From Oculina patagonica (taxonomy: Eukaryota): a DNA stretch of 64,000 nucleotides. The notes under the pieces are model-generated. The model was not told the DNA's origin. It worked only from the letters and a program-made list of their open reading frames with translations, and searched no databases. The DNA lies in assembly GCF_052425735.1 (NCBI RefSeq), contig NC_135759.1, positions 5,332,001 through 5,396,000 of the forward strand. Reading direction: 5' to 3'. The translations under genes were made by a program, and so were the position numbers. Positions 12,074-24,330 of this stretch are shown here, piece by piece. Each line of letters starts with the position of its first letter. Position 1 is the stretch's first letter.

Positions 12074-12829
12074 AACGTCAGACATCTACGATAAACGACA
12101 GCAGCGGATCGACCAAACAGGGAGGGTGGTGGTGGAGACTTTTGGATCCAATGTTTATTTTGGGTTCGGAATCGATTAGGAAAGGAAAAAATTAGGAGCT
12201 TGAAACTGCACTGATGTAATGGTTTGCCAAAAAAAAAACGAAAGAAAAGAAGACTAAAACCTGACTTAGACTGAATTTCAAGTTGGTTCTTGTATTGCTG
12301 TTTGTTTGTTTGTTTGTTGATACTGTCACTGAATTTGTTTATAATCATGAATAAAACATTCTTTTGACTGGGGTATGTTTTATCATAGTTACTTGGGCTT
12401 GGAGTGACGTTAAAAGCCTGAAATTGACTAAGACTTTTATTTAAGTATGGCTATATACATGGGCGAGATTTGGTGAAGTTACAGAGGATTTCGAATATCT
12501 CGTTGAAGACTGGGAAACAAAAATAGGTCTCTTCCATGCCAAGAAATTAAATTTGCTCAAAAAATAATTAACTACAGAAGGACAACTGAAGGAGCAACTT
12601 ATTAGTGGGAATTCTACTGTTTTTTTTTTTCCATAAATAGAAACCACTACTGAATTTTAATGACAAACTATCGAATCATTTGTTTGCTAGATTGTTATTT
12701 ATTGGACAAAGAACATACGTGCTTCATTTACAATGTAAATCATAAAATATTCCTCAAATAATAGTTATTTTCCCGCTAAAAGGTACCGGGATAACTATGA
12801 AACAAAGATCATTTTAGGAATGAACGTTT

Positions 12830-13520
12830 ATTTGTGTCAGTGTCTCACGATAAAATCGCTCTGAGATGTTGATCGCGACGTTTCGACTGCAATACTGCTA
12901 GTCTTCATCAGGCGATGAGGTCGATTGTTTACGCGTCGCTATTTATTTACGTTGGTTCGCTGTCATTGGTGCATTTCGATCCTTATTATTATTCCGACTA
13001 ACAGATGTTGTTCCCTCAGGGGTCCGCTTTCTAGTTGAACGTGTTTTCTGATCGTAGGTATCCATGCTTCGGGAATTTCAATTCCGCTGTCTCTATTGAT
13101 GTTATTCGGATGAAGTCCTATTTTGGATAGCCTCTTTGACCCTGCGTGTGTGTCGGTGAGGGCGACGATCGATAAACTTGACTTGATTCCATAAAGGAAG
13201 ATGCCCCGTTTCGTTTGCGTGCTCCGAAACTGCAGAGGTTTGTGTATGAGGAAGCCGTGTGTCTCTGTCGTGTTCTTTTATCCTGTCTTGCATCGCTCTC
13301 CCTGTTTCACCTATATATACTTTACCGCATTCGCATGTAAACAACACCGTCTTGTTTGCCTGGTTCTAGGGCGTCTTTCGGTCACACTAAGTGAGACCGG
13401 AGAGTCGTGTCAGATTTAAAAACCGTGCAAACGCCTTGTTATTGTAGGCAGCGGCGAAGAACCTCTTACACCTTTAATGTAGGGTAAAACCGCAGTAGAT
13501 TTAAATTCCTGCGTGGGTTT
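12830..13520 (-). mobile_element. Penelope-like retroelement 3' fragment (GIY-YIG endonuclease relic plus terminal region)
   Basis: ORF 13102-13347 CECGKVYIGETGR..RIKEH...SAVSEHA..TGH...RRVKEAI is the GIY-YIG domain typical of Penelope-like elements; frameshifted; hammerhead motif downstream. Confidence 0.85.
12872..12916 (-). ncRNA. Minimal type I hammerhead ribozyme
   Basis: Minus strand: ATCGC-CTGATGA-A-GACT(A)GCA-GTAT-TGCAGTC-GAAA-C-GTC-GCGAT; perfect 5-bp stem I, 7-bp stem II with one bulge, conserved core, GUC cleavage triplet. Confidence 0.8.
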
Positions 13521-13713
13521 CTATCGTATTCGTATCTTACACCACGATGAACAATATTCACATCTTTAAAGACAAAGATCATTTTACAAATAAACACACC
13601 ATTAAACAGTGTATGACCACAAATTTAAATCTTCAAAGATGCGACGATCTTCTTTCTCACTTCTATATGGGACCTCATTCCCCTTCTCCCCCAGAAGGTA
13701 TATAACTATCGAC

Positions 13714-13868
13714 ATTCTTTCCTCCGCAGAGGCTACCGAGGGAACCATAGAGGGGATAGCGAGCGGGGAGAGTCGTTTACCGCGTGCCTTATAGTTATTC
13801 CTCTTCAATCTTCCCATGCGCGCTTGTGTACGAGAAAACAACAGATGCCTCTGCTGCGAGGAGAGGTG
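13714..13868. mobile_element. Short degenerate MITE
   Basis: Imperfect inverted ends TTCCTCCGCAGAGGC ... GCCTCTGCTGCGAGGAGAG. Confidence 0.45.
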
Positions 13869-14361
13869 TTGTGTGACGTAACCAAATTTTGCGCCTAAAG
13901 AGAGAGCCTGGGAATGGTTACTGTTTGCAAGTGGCACATTTACCTTCCCCATGTTACACGTTTAGTGAAAGTTCTGTTCAGTAGTAGTGGGCAATCATAG
14001 ACTGCTTTTCTTGCTGAACAGTTTAAACCGAACTTAAGTTACCTTAATCTCGATTCTTTACTCCTGGAAGATCGGAGAAGTGAGCGAAGTACATATTTGC
14101 TTTTCATCTAGTCAATTCTTGTGGACTTAAATAGGTTCTCTCGATATTATTAACCAAAATGAGAAAACGTTGGTTGTAAGTAGTATTGCGTATCGCAAAA
14201 GTGGCATATTCGCTTTTTAATGTATCTATTTGCCTTTTTTGGAAGGTTTGAAGGGAAAGGGGTCTTCAGAAACGTTTGGCAATTATATACTTCATTCGTG
14301 AATTTTTATGTTAAGGTTTTCTTTCTACTTACAGATTTTTTATATGACAAAATATTGCTAA

Positions 14362-14783
14362 AGGTTGGTTCTCATATGATCGCTGTTCGATCGTTTGAAA
14401 ATACTGAGACGATCGTAGGCGATTGAAGCGATTGGAAGCGATTGAAGGTTCTCATATGATCGTCCCGATCGCCTGGTTTGAGCGAAGAGCTACGAAAAAA
14501 CAATCATTTTAGCCCTAGATCCAACACAATGGCAGCCTTCAATGAAAGAGCAAAACCCGTGACCTCCTATCTCCTCCGTTATTACAGTTTTACGGCGAAG
14601 AAGGGGAAGAGAAGCTAGTAGGGTAAAACACGGGCGATCAAAGCGATCGTGATCGCCCCAATCGCCGCAGACGTTAGCGATCGCCTGTGTAATGTTCTCA
14701 TATAATCGCCCCGATCGCAAGAAAAAGTTTTGAAGGGACAGAGGCGACAGAAACGATACGTGCGATTATATGAGAACCAGACT
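14362..14783. mobile_element. PIF/Harbinger-like MITE, family A, copy 2 (internally deleted)
   Basis: TIR AGGTTGGTTCTCATATGATCGC / GCGATTATATGAGAACCAGACT; TAA TSD; homologous to 1167-1802. Confidence 0.85.
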
Positions 14784-14978
14784 TAACCATTGATACCCTA
14801 ATTTGTTAAAAAAAAAAAAACGGAAAATATGTTATGCTTAAATTTTGGTTTATTTTGACAAAAAGACACGAAATCTTGGAGAGTATTCACAATTATCTAT
14901 TTGCAGTCGCAAATTGAAACACGATTTAAAAATCACCTAGAAACAAACATAACCTTAGCTGAAACAAACAGAAATAAA

Positions 14979-16067
14979 CTATGATCCCGGTGTTATTCCC
15001 CAGTCCTCAAACGTCATTTCCTTGCAGTTGTCTGGAAGAAGACCCTTTTTGTGTACTCGCCCTTCGGAAAGTGCAACGCACATTTGGCAATACAAGGGAT
15101 ACTTTGGCTTCCAGTGATTCCCGACAACAGTTCCACTTAAATTACCGATTCCTTTCCACTTCCACTCCAGATATATATTATATTCAGTCTCGTTATTGCC
15201 AACATTTTTCAGATGTTCAGCCAGAAGCTTTGGGCTCTTAAAATTGCGCACTTTTATAACGGAATGTTGAAGATTACCGGGTAGAAACTCGTCAAGTTTG
15301 TCCGTGCCCATCACCACGGGAACCGAACCGGCATCCAAAGCATGACTCAGTTGATCATCAACAAAGTAATCACAGTCCTGGTTAAAGAATACTATACTAA
15401 ATTTATACTTCTTGGCCAGTTCTGTTTTAAGCTGTTTAAAGTCTTTGCCGTTTGCTGAGCCGTACCTGGAAACTAAACCGTCTTTGTTCTTAAGACAGCC
15501 TCCGTAAGAATCAACATGGACGAACTGCATCAATTGTCTCAAGTATTCAGTACGTACAGGCTCACAGTTTGAGAACGTAGCCATAACGAGCCCGGTTTTA
15601 TCCTTGAAAGGAACTGGCGCTGTTAAAACAGGCATGGAATATACCGGGTTCGGAAAGTCAGAATCTAAGCGATAGCTTTGTAGCAAATTAAATTTGGACA
15701 TTAAATTAGGATCTCTTAACTCGGGTGTGTACACTGGGTTTTCATGCGTCCACAGAATCCAAGGAACAGACTCCTTAGGTGGAGTAATGTGAGTATCTTT
15801 ATGGGGGGTCGTGCTGTGGGGGGAACAGGACATTTATCTTTCTTCCAAGTCAGATGGATATTTTGTTCTTCTCCAAAAACAGTTGACCAGAAAACGATGA
15901 GCCAGGGCTTGGTGTTAGTCTGTGATTTGTAGTCTGTCACAGGAAATTTGAATTTTCATCTCTTGTCTTCAGCTTCCACAGTAGGATAATCACCAATACA
16001 GGGCAAAATAAAAAGCAGAAATGACGCCTGTGCAATGGGTACATCTCGTCGTATTCTTTTGAAGTAC
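14979..16067 (-). pseudogene. Alpha-1,3-fucosyltransferase-like (GT10) gene, disrupted at its N-terminus
   Basis: ENP, SYRLDSDF, SNC, VDSYGGCL, YKF..., VPVVMG, Y..YLEWK and CQMC motifs; acceptor ttttccacag at 16069-16068; in-frame TGA 15958-15956; frameshift near 15830-15800 joining LIVFWSTVFG..CPVP to DTHITPPKESVPWIL. Confidence 0.75.
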
Positions 16068-16280
16068 CTGTGGAAAAATTGCCTTCATGTAAGCCACATT
16101 AAAAGTGATGTAAAAGATTACTTAGTTCAAGCAGCAAAACATGCATAAGGAGTATATTCGGCTTTTTTTCAGTGATAAAAATCTTATTTCTCCTAATACT
16201 GTCATTACATTGTTATGCAGAAAGGTTATGAGAATAGAGACAAACATCAATTGGGTGGTATTTTTCCTCATGTGCCACTA

Positions 16281-16584
16281 AGGCCCTGGCCAAACTTCTC
16301 ATGAGACGAACTTAATTGCAATTTTGGTCAACCCAAACAGGTCAGCTCGATCTTTGGGTCAAACGTCGAACATAATTCGACGAAGCCACCGTCGAACCAA
16401 ATTCAGACCAGCAAGAACGAATATCGAGCCTAAAAATACATTATCATTCAATTTTTTAATTTATTTATTAAGTTCGTTTCATGACTGAATATCGACGTTT
16501 GTCCCACAGTCGATCTTCACACGTTCTATCTGTCTGAAGCAGACTTGTTCGTCTCATGTGAAGTTCGACGTTTGGCCCGGGCCT
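16281..16584. mobile_element. Harbinger-like MITE
   Basis: TIR AGGCCCTGGCCAAAC..CATGAGACGAAC / GTTCGTCTCATG..GTTTGGCCCGGGCCT; TA-containing flanks. Confidence 0.7.
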
Positions 16585-18489
16585 TAATAGCTCTTAATGA
16601 CCTAAATTTATCGGAAGAAATATTGTTGGAAAACACGTTACCTGGCGAGAGGATTCCATGTGAAATTTTACTCGAAAAACCGATATCAAGTCGCACTCAT
16701 CACGAGTTATAAGTGAAAGATCGATCTTTCTAGGTAACTTTGTCTTAGATAAGCAGTCAGTCACTTTGCGTTTCGAACCACTCACCTAAAGCAATTTTTT
16801 TAACATTTAATTATCTTTTCAAAGGATCATAACAAATTCTGCATTGTATGTGGCATTAAAATTTATGATAATTATCTATAGAAAGCGAAAGATATCAACT
16901 TTTTCTCGTTATTAAACGCGAATATTTTGTTTTAACTCATCATTCTATTTCTGACATTTGCATTTTACTCTAACAGTTTTGGTAAATTATTGATTGTTAG
17001 AAAATGATACTTGATGTTACGCTTATAAGGGCTGCAGTATCACTACAATTAAATCTTGAAATAAAAGTTGACATGAAACGTTTTTGAAACTTTCCTCTGT
17101 TGACATTTGCGATGGAAAGTTTAAAAAACTGGAATAAACAGACTACACAAAAGGCGAAAGAAATTTCACTAAAGATGCGCCTCCCATTTTTGCCTGGAAA
17201 AAATGCAGTCGTAAAAAGAAGGCTAAAAATAAAGAAACTGATATTAAGCCCATGTGTTTGTAAAAAAATTGATATTGGTGAATCGTCATGAATACAAAGC
17301 AGAAATGAAAAGAGATAAAAGCTTGATGACGGTTTTACACTTGTTACACCGTCATTTTTCGGAGTACCCAAAGCTGTATTTACGCCAGTGAGCGTCTTGG
17401 AAAAAGACGAAGATCTGCCAAATGATGAAATTTTTAGTCTTTGTTGCATTCGTTTTCCAAAGATCTGTAAACACTGAAACAGTTTTATTTTTATTACTAT
17501 TGTTTTGTTACTTTTATTTTATTCATTTACCAAAGTTCATTTAAAAATTGTAGCAGTCGCCTTTTTCGCTTTTTTTTTCAAGTTTCTGAAAATTCTTAAA
17601 TTTCGCTCCACTTACTAAGAGGAACTGAATTTCGTGTATTCTGACGTTCGTTTCACTTTCTCAGCCATGTAATTATTCCTTTACTAACCATGCTTCTAAC
17701 ATGCCAATATTCCGCCATCTTTACCTCAAGTTCGCTCAATAACCGACATATATCTCGAATAATGAATAACAACATAACCTGGGTGTCCGTGGTCGCTGAA
17801 CCGTTCTATTATAAGCCACCTCGTATCGAAGTTATGGCTGTAACTAACAAAGAAAAGCTGTCAATCGACAATCTCTGTTATGAACCGTGATGTGTCAAGA
17901 AATCATTATGAATAATGTTTTTAAATAAGTTACCTTTCACTTTCCGCACGTCAGCTGCAGGCCAGTAGCTTCACCTTAAACGAAAGATGATCGCTGTATA
18001 TATCGGATAACACGACTGCATGGCATTCAAAGGAACGCGTGCGATTCCTTTTTCCCGAGAATGTCGATCTTGCGCGACGAAAATTGACAGCGTGCGTTCG
18101 TGATTACTGATTCAAAACCGCATCACAATAACAGCGTCACGCAATTTGCCGCTACAGCGATACGAAATCAAACCAATTACTAGATTTCCCCCAAAGAAAT
18201 ATTGGGAAAAGTGCCTCACTGGAATTTTAAACCGTAACATTAAATATCGTGTAACGTTAAATATACCAAAAAATAAGAAAAGAAAATTATGGCGAGTTTT
18301 CTGTCGGATATATAAGATGAATTATTAAGAAAAACAGGTGTCCTTACTAGTTTTTAAAAACAAAATGCTCAGTAGCTAGTATCACATGTTGTTGAAAATA
18401 CAACGGAAGAGAGAAGGCGCTATTTGCAATTCAAATTTGTCAACAGTTAAACAAAAGAGCTCTCTACTGCACCCGCCAATATCCTTTGG

Positions 18490-18780
18490 TTGTCACAGCA
18501 TCTTCACCGGTATCTTTGTTGAAAGTCGGATTTTGCTGATTTTTGGTCTTAACTGTTCTGATATAATTGGTAGGCATCTTTACCCACGAAAAACATTATA
18601 TTTGAACATTTAACTGAAGATATAATCTTTATTTGGGAATAGAAATCAAACTTTGGCTTTAAATATCGATTTTTTGAAGGCGCGCGGAAAAAAAGGAAAC
18701 GTTGACTAACGTTTTCAAAATTACAATCCATTTCCATCCCAGCCATCCGCAGCCGAACACGCGCTTTTAAACAATTTTAT
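18490..18780. repeat. Fragment of the same repeat family as 24728-26127
   Basis: gaagatataa..agaaatcaa..aaatatcga..caatccatttccatcc..catccgcagcc shared with 25830-25990. Confidence 0.6.
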
Positions 18781-18793
18781 TGCTGATAGCTGA

Positions 18794-19547
18794 GGGTGCG
18801 TTTCTTTGGGAAAAATCCAAATCCGGATTCTTGATCCAAAAACGGATTTTGCGTTTCTTTACCTATATCCGAAAATGGATTAATCTTGGATCAATGATCT
18901 GAAGAATCCACACTTCGAGTGGATACATCAGATCATATCTGAATCCGGATTTTTAGGATTCATGATCCGTGCGTTTCAGTCTTTGGGAAAGGATTCGAAG
19001 AAAGTACCTTGGCCCAGCGGTCTTTGCTGTGAAAATACAGGTTCGCTCTTTGTAAACACTGCCATACGGAAAGTTTTAGGCGGTTATTTCGATCAAAATA
19101 CAAAAATATTTCACGATAAAAGGAAACGGTAGCTTCAGATAGGTATGTAGTATCATTTTAAACGGGATGCAGGTTTTCTAGAACAGCCATTTTGTGCCTA
19201 CGGAAGTTGTATCCTTTTGAAATTGTCACGAATGAAATTTGCACTGATCATTTTGCAATCATTCTTCGCTCTCAGATGCTTTCTCGCCACATTGTGCTTA
19301 ACACTAAAGAAGATCTACTTCGACGTGTGGTTTTTGTAAAAGATTTTGTATGCTTAAATTATTTTAGCTAGGATACATTCGACGAAAAATAAATTTGTGC
19401 TGATATTTTATGTTCTGTGCGAAATGTGTTTACGGGATTGTCATGGCAAAAAATCCGTTTTCGGATTCTTCGTTTCTTTGGGAGCAAAGTATCCGTGTGA
19501 TCTGAGATTAATAATCCAATTTTGGATTTTCCCAAAGAAACGCACCC
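18794..19547. mobile_element. PIF/Harbinger MITE
   Basis: TIR GGGTGCGTTTCTTTGGGAAAA / TTTTCCCAAAGAAACGCACCC; 3-bp TSD TGA on both sides. Confidence 0.9.
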
Positions 19548-20577
19548 TGAGTTCTGTAAATTTCCTGCTAGCTGAGAAATGGGTTGACATTTTTAACTTT
19601 TTTGACATTTTAAACTGACAGCTGAGAAATCGGCAAAAATTTAACTGATAACTGAAATTCAGCAACTTCATCCTTTATTTTATTATGACCGCATATTTTG
19701 AAAACGACATTATTGACAACATTTTGCCCATAAGCTGTTCCAGAAACGAGCGGTTAAAATCGTTGCATTAAACTAATAAATCATCTGTAAACCATCTAAA
19801 AAGGAGCTATTCCAAACAAAGCATTTTTACATAGAATGCACAGGAATCCAGTGCAATTCATATCAGCTACCAATCTTTTAAGACCAGGTTAAAGCTATAG
19901 TATTCAAGATTTGTTACGAAGTATTATTCTTGTAATTTTGTTGTCCGTTTTTAGAGGTAGGAATGTCTTTGGTGAATAAAAATCAACAGTCTTTTCTGTT
20001 TTACATTGTACTTGAACAAGTTCCTTTGCTCACTGCTTAGCTACTGCTTGATTTTTGCCCGCATGGTATCCTCCACTAATAAGGTCTTTTCATCCTACAA
20101 CAATAACATATACAAAAAAGAACGTAAGGAAAATGATCTAAACATAATGTTACAAGCTTCACTTGAGTGCATTCCTGCTTTTTTATTTAGTAAATTAAGA
20201 GCAGTGCAATCTAACAATACCAGAACCGACCAGAAAGAATAACTGGTGGGCTACACAGGTGGAATAGATTTTCAGTTTTGTTTCGTAGCTTCGTCAGTTT
20301 TTCAATATATACAACAAATCTCTTAAAAGAAACTTCTTTAATGTACAACTAACAAAATGTAAAGAAGGCAGATGAAATGAATAAGCGATCTGATCACTTC
20401 GCAAAAAAAAAATCGGTTTGAAAAATATTATCCTAACAATAGGAATAAAAAACGTGTAGCTTTGTTACTTGTAATGAACTGAAAGATGATTTAAAATTTG
20501 ATTTAACTCGCACACGCAAGCAACTAACTGGCCAGAGAAATGAAATGTATTTTTCGCTAATTTAAACTTACATCAAT

Positions 20578-23500
20578 TTATTTTCCAAACTCAAATGTCA
20601 CATTATCTCCAATCAGCATGAAAGGTGCCCACTTCTTCACTTCAGAATAGCCGTTCTCTCTCATCCACTTCATGGCCTCGTGAAGAGACTCACTGGCACT
20701 TTCCCTACGAACAAGGTGCTCGTAGAAACGACTCATCAACTGCAATGTTGCACTGTCGTCCAAGGCCCACAGTGCCACCAATACTGAGCGTGCACCGGAG
20801 CCTAAGAACGCTCGAGCGATTCCAACAACTCCCTCGGCTCTAATTTGTCCACGGCCACTGTGACAACAGCTAAGTACCACCAGTTTAGCTCGCAGTTGAA
20901 TCTTTGAAATGTCAGACATTTTCAAAAGGTAGTCATCTTCCTGCGGAATCTCAGTGTTAGAATCAAACGGCGCAAGGGCAATTTCTCCTCTTTCAGCATT
21001 ACCATGAGCAGCCAAATGTATCAGACTCACTGAATGTATCCTTTGAAGTACCGCTTGCTTCGTTGCGTGCTGTCCTAACAAAGGCTGAACGCCCAGCAGT
21101 CTTCCGATCATCTCTGCTTCCTTTCTTGCACCAGGCAATGGTGAGAAGGTTTTATTGAGACGTCCATCGTAAATCACCACACCAACAGCAGGATCACCCA
21201 CTATCAGAGCACCAGTCTGACTATGATAGTCTGCAGGACTGTCCTGAATGAGCTTGAGAGTCATCAAAGAAGGGATGATGCGTATCCTGAATGTCTCTGA
21301 TAAATACTTCGCACTTTCATAGAGTAAAGCTGGAAATGGGACACGGTACAAACGGCGATCAGGAACAATGATGATTTCAGGCTCTCTAAGTAAGTCAGAC
21401 ACAGGATCGATTAGCATTTTGTAAAACAAAGTTAGGTTTGGGTTGGGATAATCCTCATCTTTTCCTTGTCGCAAATCTGAGAGGTTCTCTTCCTGACAAG
21501 AATCGTGTTTCGTCTTAATGTCATTCAAAGATCGATCCTCACAATCCTCCTCAGGTAAAATGCCAAAGCTGCGGAAGCTATTAGCCATAATAGCAAAAAA
21601 CTCTTCCAAATTTTCAGCAACCTTTGCTAATCTGGTATAAAGAGTCTTTTTATCCACTGTAATGTGTCGGAAATGAATGGCTCCGCTTGTCTCGAGAATC
21701 CACAAAAACACTTTCTGAGCATGATAAGAAATGTATAGACAAGAGCAGCTACTTTCGCTCTTCATGACATTTTCAATGCCAATCCATGATTGTGGGTTTG
21801 TTGAAATGTGTTTTTCAGCGGAATACCGAGTTTCCATTAAATCAGCTAAGGCTCTAGCCCGTCCCAGCTCAATAACATAAAGAGCATTGCTAGGATTTCC
21901 AGCGTCACAAAATAATCCACTGAGCCACTGATATGGAAAATCATGAATGTCTGCTAAGGATATCTTAATATGATCGTTGTCTGCATTAAAACCTCGCAAA
22001 TCTTCGCATTTTTTCATACTTAGAAACAGATAGGAAAAAGCTTCCTGAAACTTATTCTGTGATAAATTCAACAATGTAAGGTAACAATAGCACCCAAACT
22101 CAGTTTCACCGTCTGTGATATCTTTACTTATCGTAAGTGCCTTCTCAAAATATTCTCCAGCCATGACATATTTACCCAGAAAATGAAACACGGCTCCTAG
22201 ACTTCCGTGGGCTACTGATTTTCCTCTTCTGTCACCAATTTCAGTATTGATTACAAGTGCTTTCTCATAATACTTTGTAGCCTGCTCATAATCACCAAGA
22301 GATCGAAACACATTACCTAGGTTTACATAACATGTTGCTTCTCCTGATCTGTCGCCAACTTCAATTGTGATCGCGAGTGCTCTATCTTGATATTCTTTAC
22401 TCTTTCTGTATTTTCGAAGAGAGTGAAACGCATTTCCTAGGTTTCCATAACATGATCCTTCTCCTGCTCTATCACCTATCTCCTTTCTGACTGCAAGTGC
22501 TTTCTCGTGATATCCTTTAGCTTTAACATATTCACCGAGAAACTGAAACATAGTTCCCAGGTTTCCATAACATGATCCTTCTCCTGCTCTGTCACCTATG
22601 TCTTTTGTGACTGCAAGTGCTTTCTCGTGATATTCTTTAGCGTTGACATATTCACCGAGAGACTGAAAAACAGTTCCTAGGTTTCTGTAATGTGTTGCTT
22701 CTCCTGCTCTGTCACCAGTTTCTTTCCTTACCGCAAGTGCTTTCTCGAAATATTCTTTAGCCTTGATAAATTCACCAAGAGATTGAAAAACAGTTCCTAA
22801 GTTTCCGTAACATGTTGCTTCTCTTGCTCTGTCACGAAATTCCATACTCATCACAAGTGCTTTTTCATGATATTCCTTCGCTTTGACATATTCACCGATA
22901 GATACAAGCACTATTCCTAGGTTTCCATAACATGTTGCTTCTCCTGGTCTGTCACCAATTTCCATTCTGACTGCAAGTGCTTTCTCGAGATATTCTTTAG
23001 CCTTGACATATTCACCGAGACAATGAAACACAATTCCTAGTTTTTCGTAACTTGCTGCTTCTAATGCTTTGTTACCAATTTCGGCGCTGATCGCAAGTGC
23101 TTTTTCAATATATTCTTTAGCTTTTACATATTTACCAATGGATTGAAACACGATTCCTAGATTACTGCAAACTATTGCTTCTCCTTCTCTATCACCAATT
23201 TCCATTCCGATCGCAAGTGCCTTCTCGTAATGTTCTTTAGCCTTGAGATATTCACCGAGAGATTCAAACATAGTTCCGAGGCCGTCATTAGTGATTTCTT
23301 CTCCTCTTTTGTCGCCCGATTCTCTCGCGATGGTCATTGCTCTCTCATAAAGTTCTTTTGCTTGAACATACTTATTTTGACTCTTATATATCTGTGCCAT
23401 CTCAATGCTAAGCCACACTTCTTGTACTGTTATACCACACTCGCGGGAAATGACGAGGAGTTTCCTGCCGTATGTAATCGCATTTGTCTTATCGCAGATA

Positions 23501-23712
23501 CCACGGTACGCGTTGAACAATGTTTTATAGATTACCGCCCAAATGTATTTTGCAAGTTGCTCCTCCATAGTCGCTGCTGTGTTATTAAGCAGAACCAAGT
23601 TTTCCTTGCATAACTCGATGGCTTTTTGAGCCCGACCGGTGTTAAGAAGGAAAATGACAACACTGTCTAACCCTAGAAAGATCGCTTTCAAGATTTCTCC
23701 CATGTTGTTCAT
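20578..23712 (-). CDS. TPR-repeat and CHAT (caspase HetF-associated) domain protein, TTC28-like family, 1044 aa, one large coding exon
   Basis: About 11-12 tandem 40-aa TPR-like repeats ([30 protein letters not shown]); CHAT motifs [63 protein letters not shown]; splice acceptor tttattttcag at 23743-23742. Confidence 0.95.
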   Translation of the reverse strand: MNNMGEILKAIFLGLDSVVIFLLNTGRAQKAIELCKENLVLLNNTAATMEEQLAKYIWAVIYKTLFNAYRGICDKTNAITYGRKLLVISRECGITVQEVWLSIEMAQIYKSQNKYVQAKELYERAMTIARESGDKRGEEITNDGLGTMFESLGEYLKAKEHYEKALAIGMEIGDREGEAIVCSNLGIVFQSIGKYVKAKEYIEKALAISAEIGNKALEAASYEKLGIVFHCLGEYVKAKEYLEKALAVRMEIGDRPGEATCYGNLGIVLVSIGEYVKAKEYHEKALVMSMEFRDRAREATCYGNLGTVFQSLGEFIKAKEYFEKALAVRKETGDRAGEATHYRNLGTVFQSLGEYVNAKEYHEKALAVTKDIGDRAGEGSCYGNLGTMFQFLGEYVKAKGYHEKALAVRKEIGDRAGEGSCYGNLGNAFHSLRKYRKSKEYQDRALAITIEVGDRSGEATCYVNLGNVFRSLGDYEQATKYYEKALVINTEIGDRRGKSVAHGSLGAVFHFLGKYVMAGEYFEKALTISKDITDGETEFGCYCYLTLLNLSQNKFQEAFSYLFLSMKKCEDLRGFNADNDHIKISLADIHDFPYQWLSGLFCDAGNPSNALYVIELGRARALADLMETRYSAEKHISTNPQSWIGIENVMKSESSCSCLYISYHAQKVFLWILETSGAIHFRHITVDKKTLYTRLAKVAENLEEFFAIMANSFRSFGILPEEDCEDRSLNDIKTKHDSCQEENLSDLRQGKDEDYPNPNLTLFYKMLIDPVSDLLREPEIIIVPDRRLYRVPFPALLYESAKYLSETFRIRIIPSLMTLKLIQDSPADYHSQTGALIVGDPAVGVVIYDGRLNKTFSPLPGARKEAEMIGRLLGVQPLLGQHATKQAVLQRIHSVSLIHLAAHGNAERGEIALAPFDSNTEIPQEDDYLLKMSDISKIQLRAKLVVLSCCHSGRGQIRAEGVVGIARAFLGSGARSVLVALWALDDSATLQLMSRFYEHLVRRESASESLHEAMKWMRENGYSEVKKWAPFMLIGDNVTFEFGK
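22080..23420 (-). repeat. 120-bp coding tandem repeat (TPR array)
   Basis: Same-phase units at 22321, 22441, 22561, 22681, 22801, 22921, 23041, 23161; the 22441 and 22561 units share a 30-nt identical start. Confidence 0.9.
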
Positions 23713-24186
23713 AACGCCTTTAGTGTGTACAAATGTGGTAACTGAAAATAAACGGAGTACGGTTGTAGAGTTAATTAAGCAACACCGGAGTAATACTTCA
23801 CTAACATTACGAAGAAGATCGCGGACTTGAAAGAAGCATGGTTGAGCAAATTGGCATTCTAAACCAGTCTAATTTTCATCTTGAAGCAGACTAAAGGAAG
23901 AAATGATAAGCACGAAGACACGCTATACGGGTGTTTGCCGGAAATTCCACTGCTCTTTTGAGATTGTTACGCCGAAGTGAGCTACAATTTATTTCACATA
24001 CGTGTATAAGGTATTGCCATGAACTTTGTCGTAAATTTCAAGGCACTGATTTCACTTGCAATTGTAATCAAGTTACAACTCGGTACTTTTAACATTATAT
24101 ATGACTTTTTTACCTTTTTTATATATGTATTGATAAAAATATGGTTACCCTAGTTAGCTTGCCAATACAAGGCAAGTTATACTCAC

Positions 24187-24330
24187 CGCGGCAACATTAA
24201 AATAAAAGACTGAACTCCAGATTGTGTTCCTTGCCTAAAGTGAACTTTGCTGTCAAGTTTATTTGTAGTCGACTCTTTGGAAAGTAAAAATACCGGATAT
24301 CAGTAAATCGTAGAGTCATCCGTTCCTCTG
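24187..24330 (-). other. Putative upstream (leader) exon of the TPR-CHAT gene containing a 40-codon uORF
   Basis: GTGAGT donor 24186-24181, giving a 445-bp intron to the acceptor at 23742; ATG 24319, TAA at codon 41; homologous to three copies in the 2-10 kb duplication. Confidence 0.6.

Noticed and set aside
15956-15958. Selenocysteine or read-through TGA in the fucosyltransferase
   Set aside because: It lies in the non-conserved stem region, is accompanied by frameshifts, and no SECIS was recognised
16997-17449. 150-aa ORF
   Set aside because: No recognisable domain; the opposite strand looks like a decayed coding fragment with stops and could not be assigned
23230-23613. Antisense ORFs over the TPR-CHAT, sulfotransferase and fucosyltransferase genes
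   Set aside because: Shadow frames of real genes with no independent support
20578-23712. Bacterial contamination or a CRISPR-associated (Craspase) locus
   Set aside because: Embedded among spliceosomal genes and animal transposons, has a splice acceptor, and no Cas or operon context
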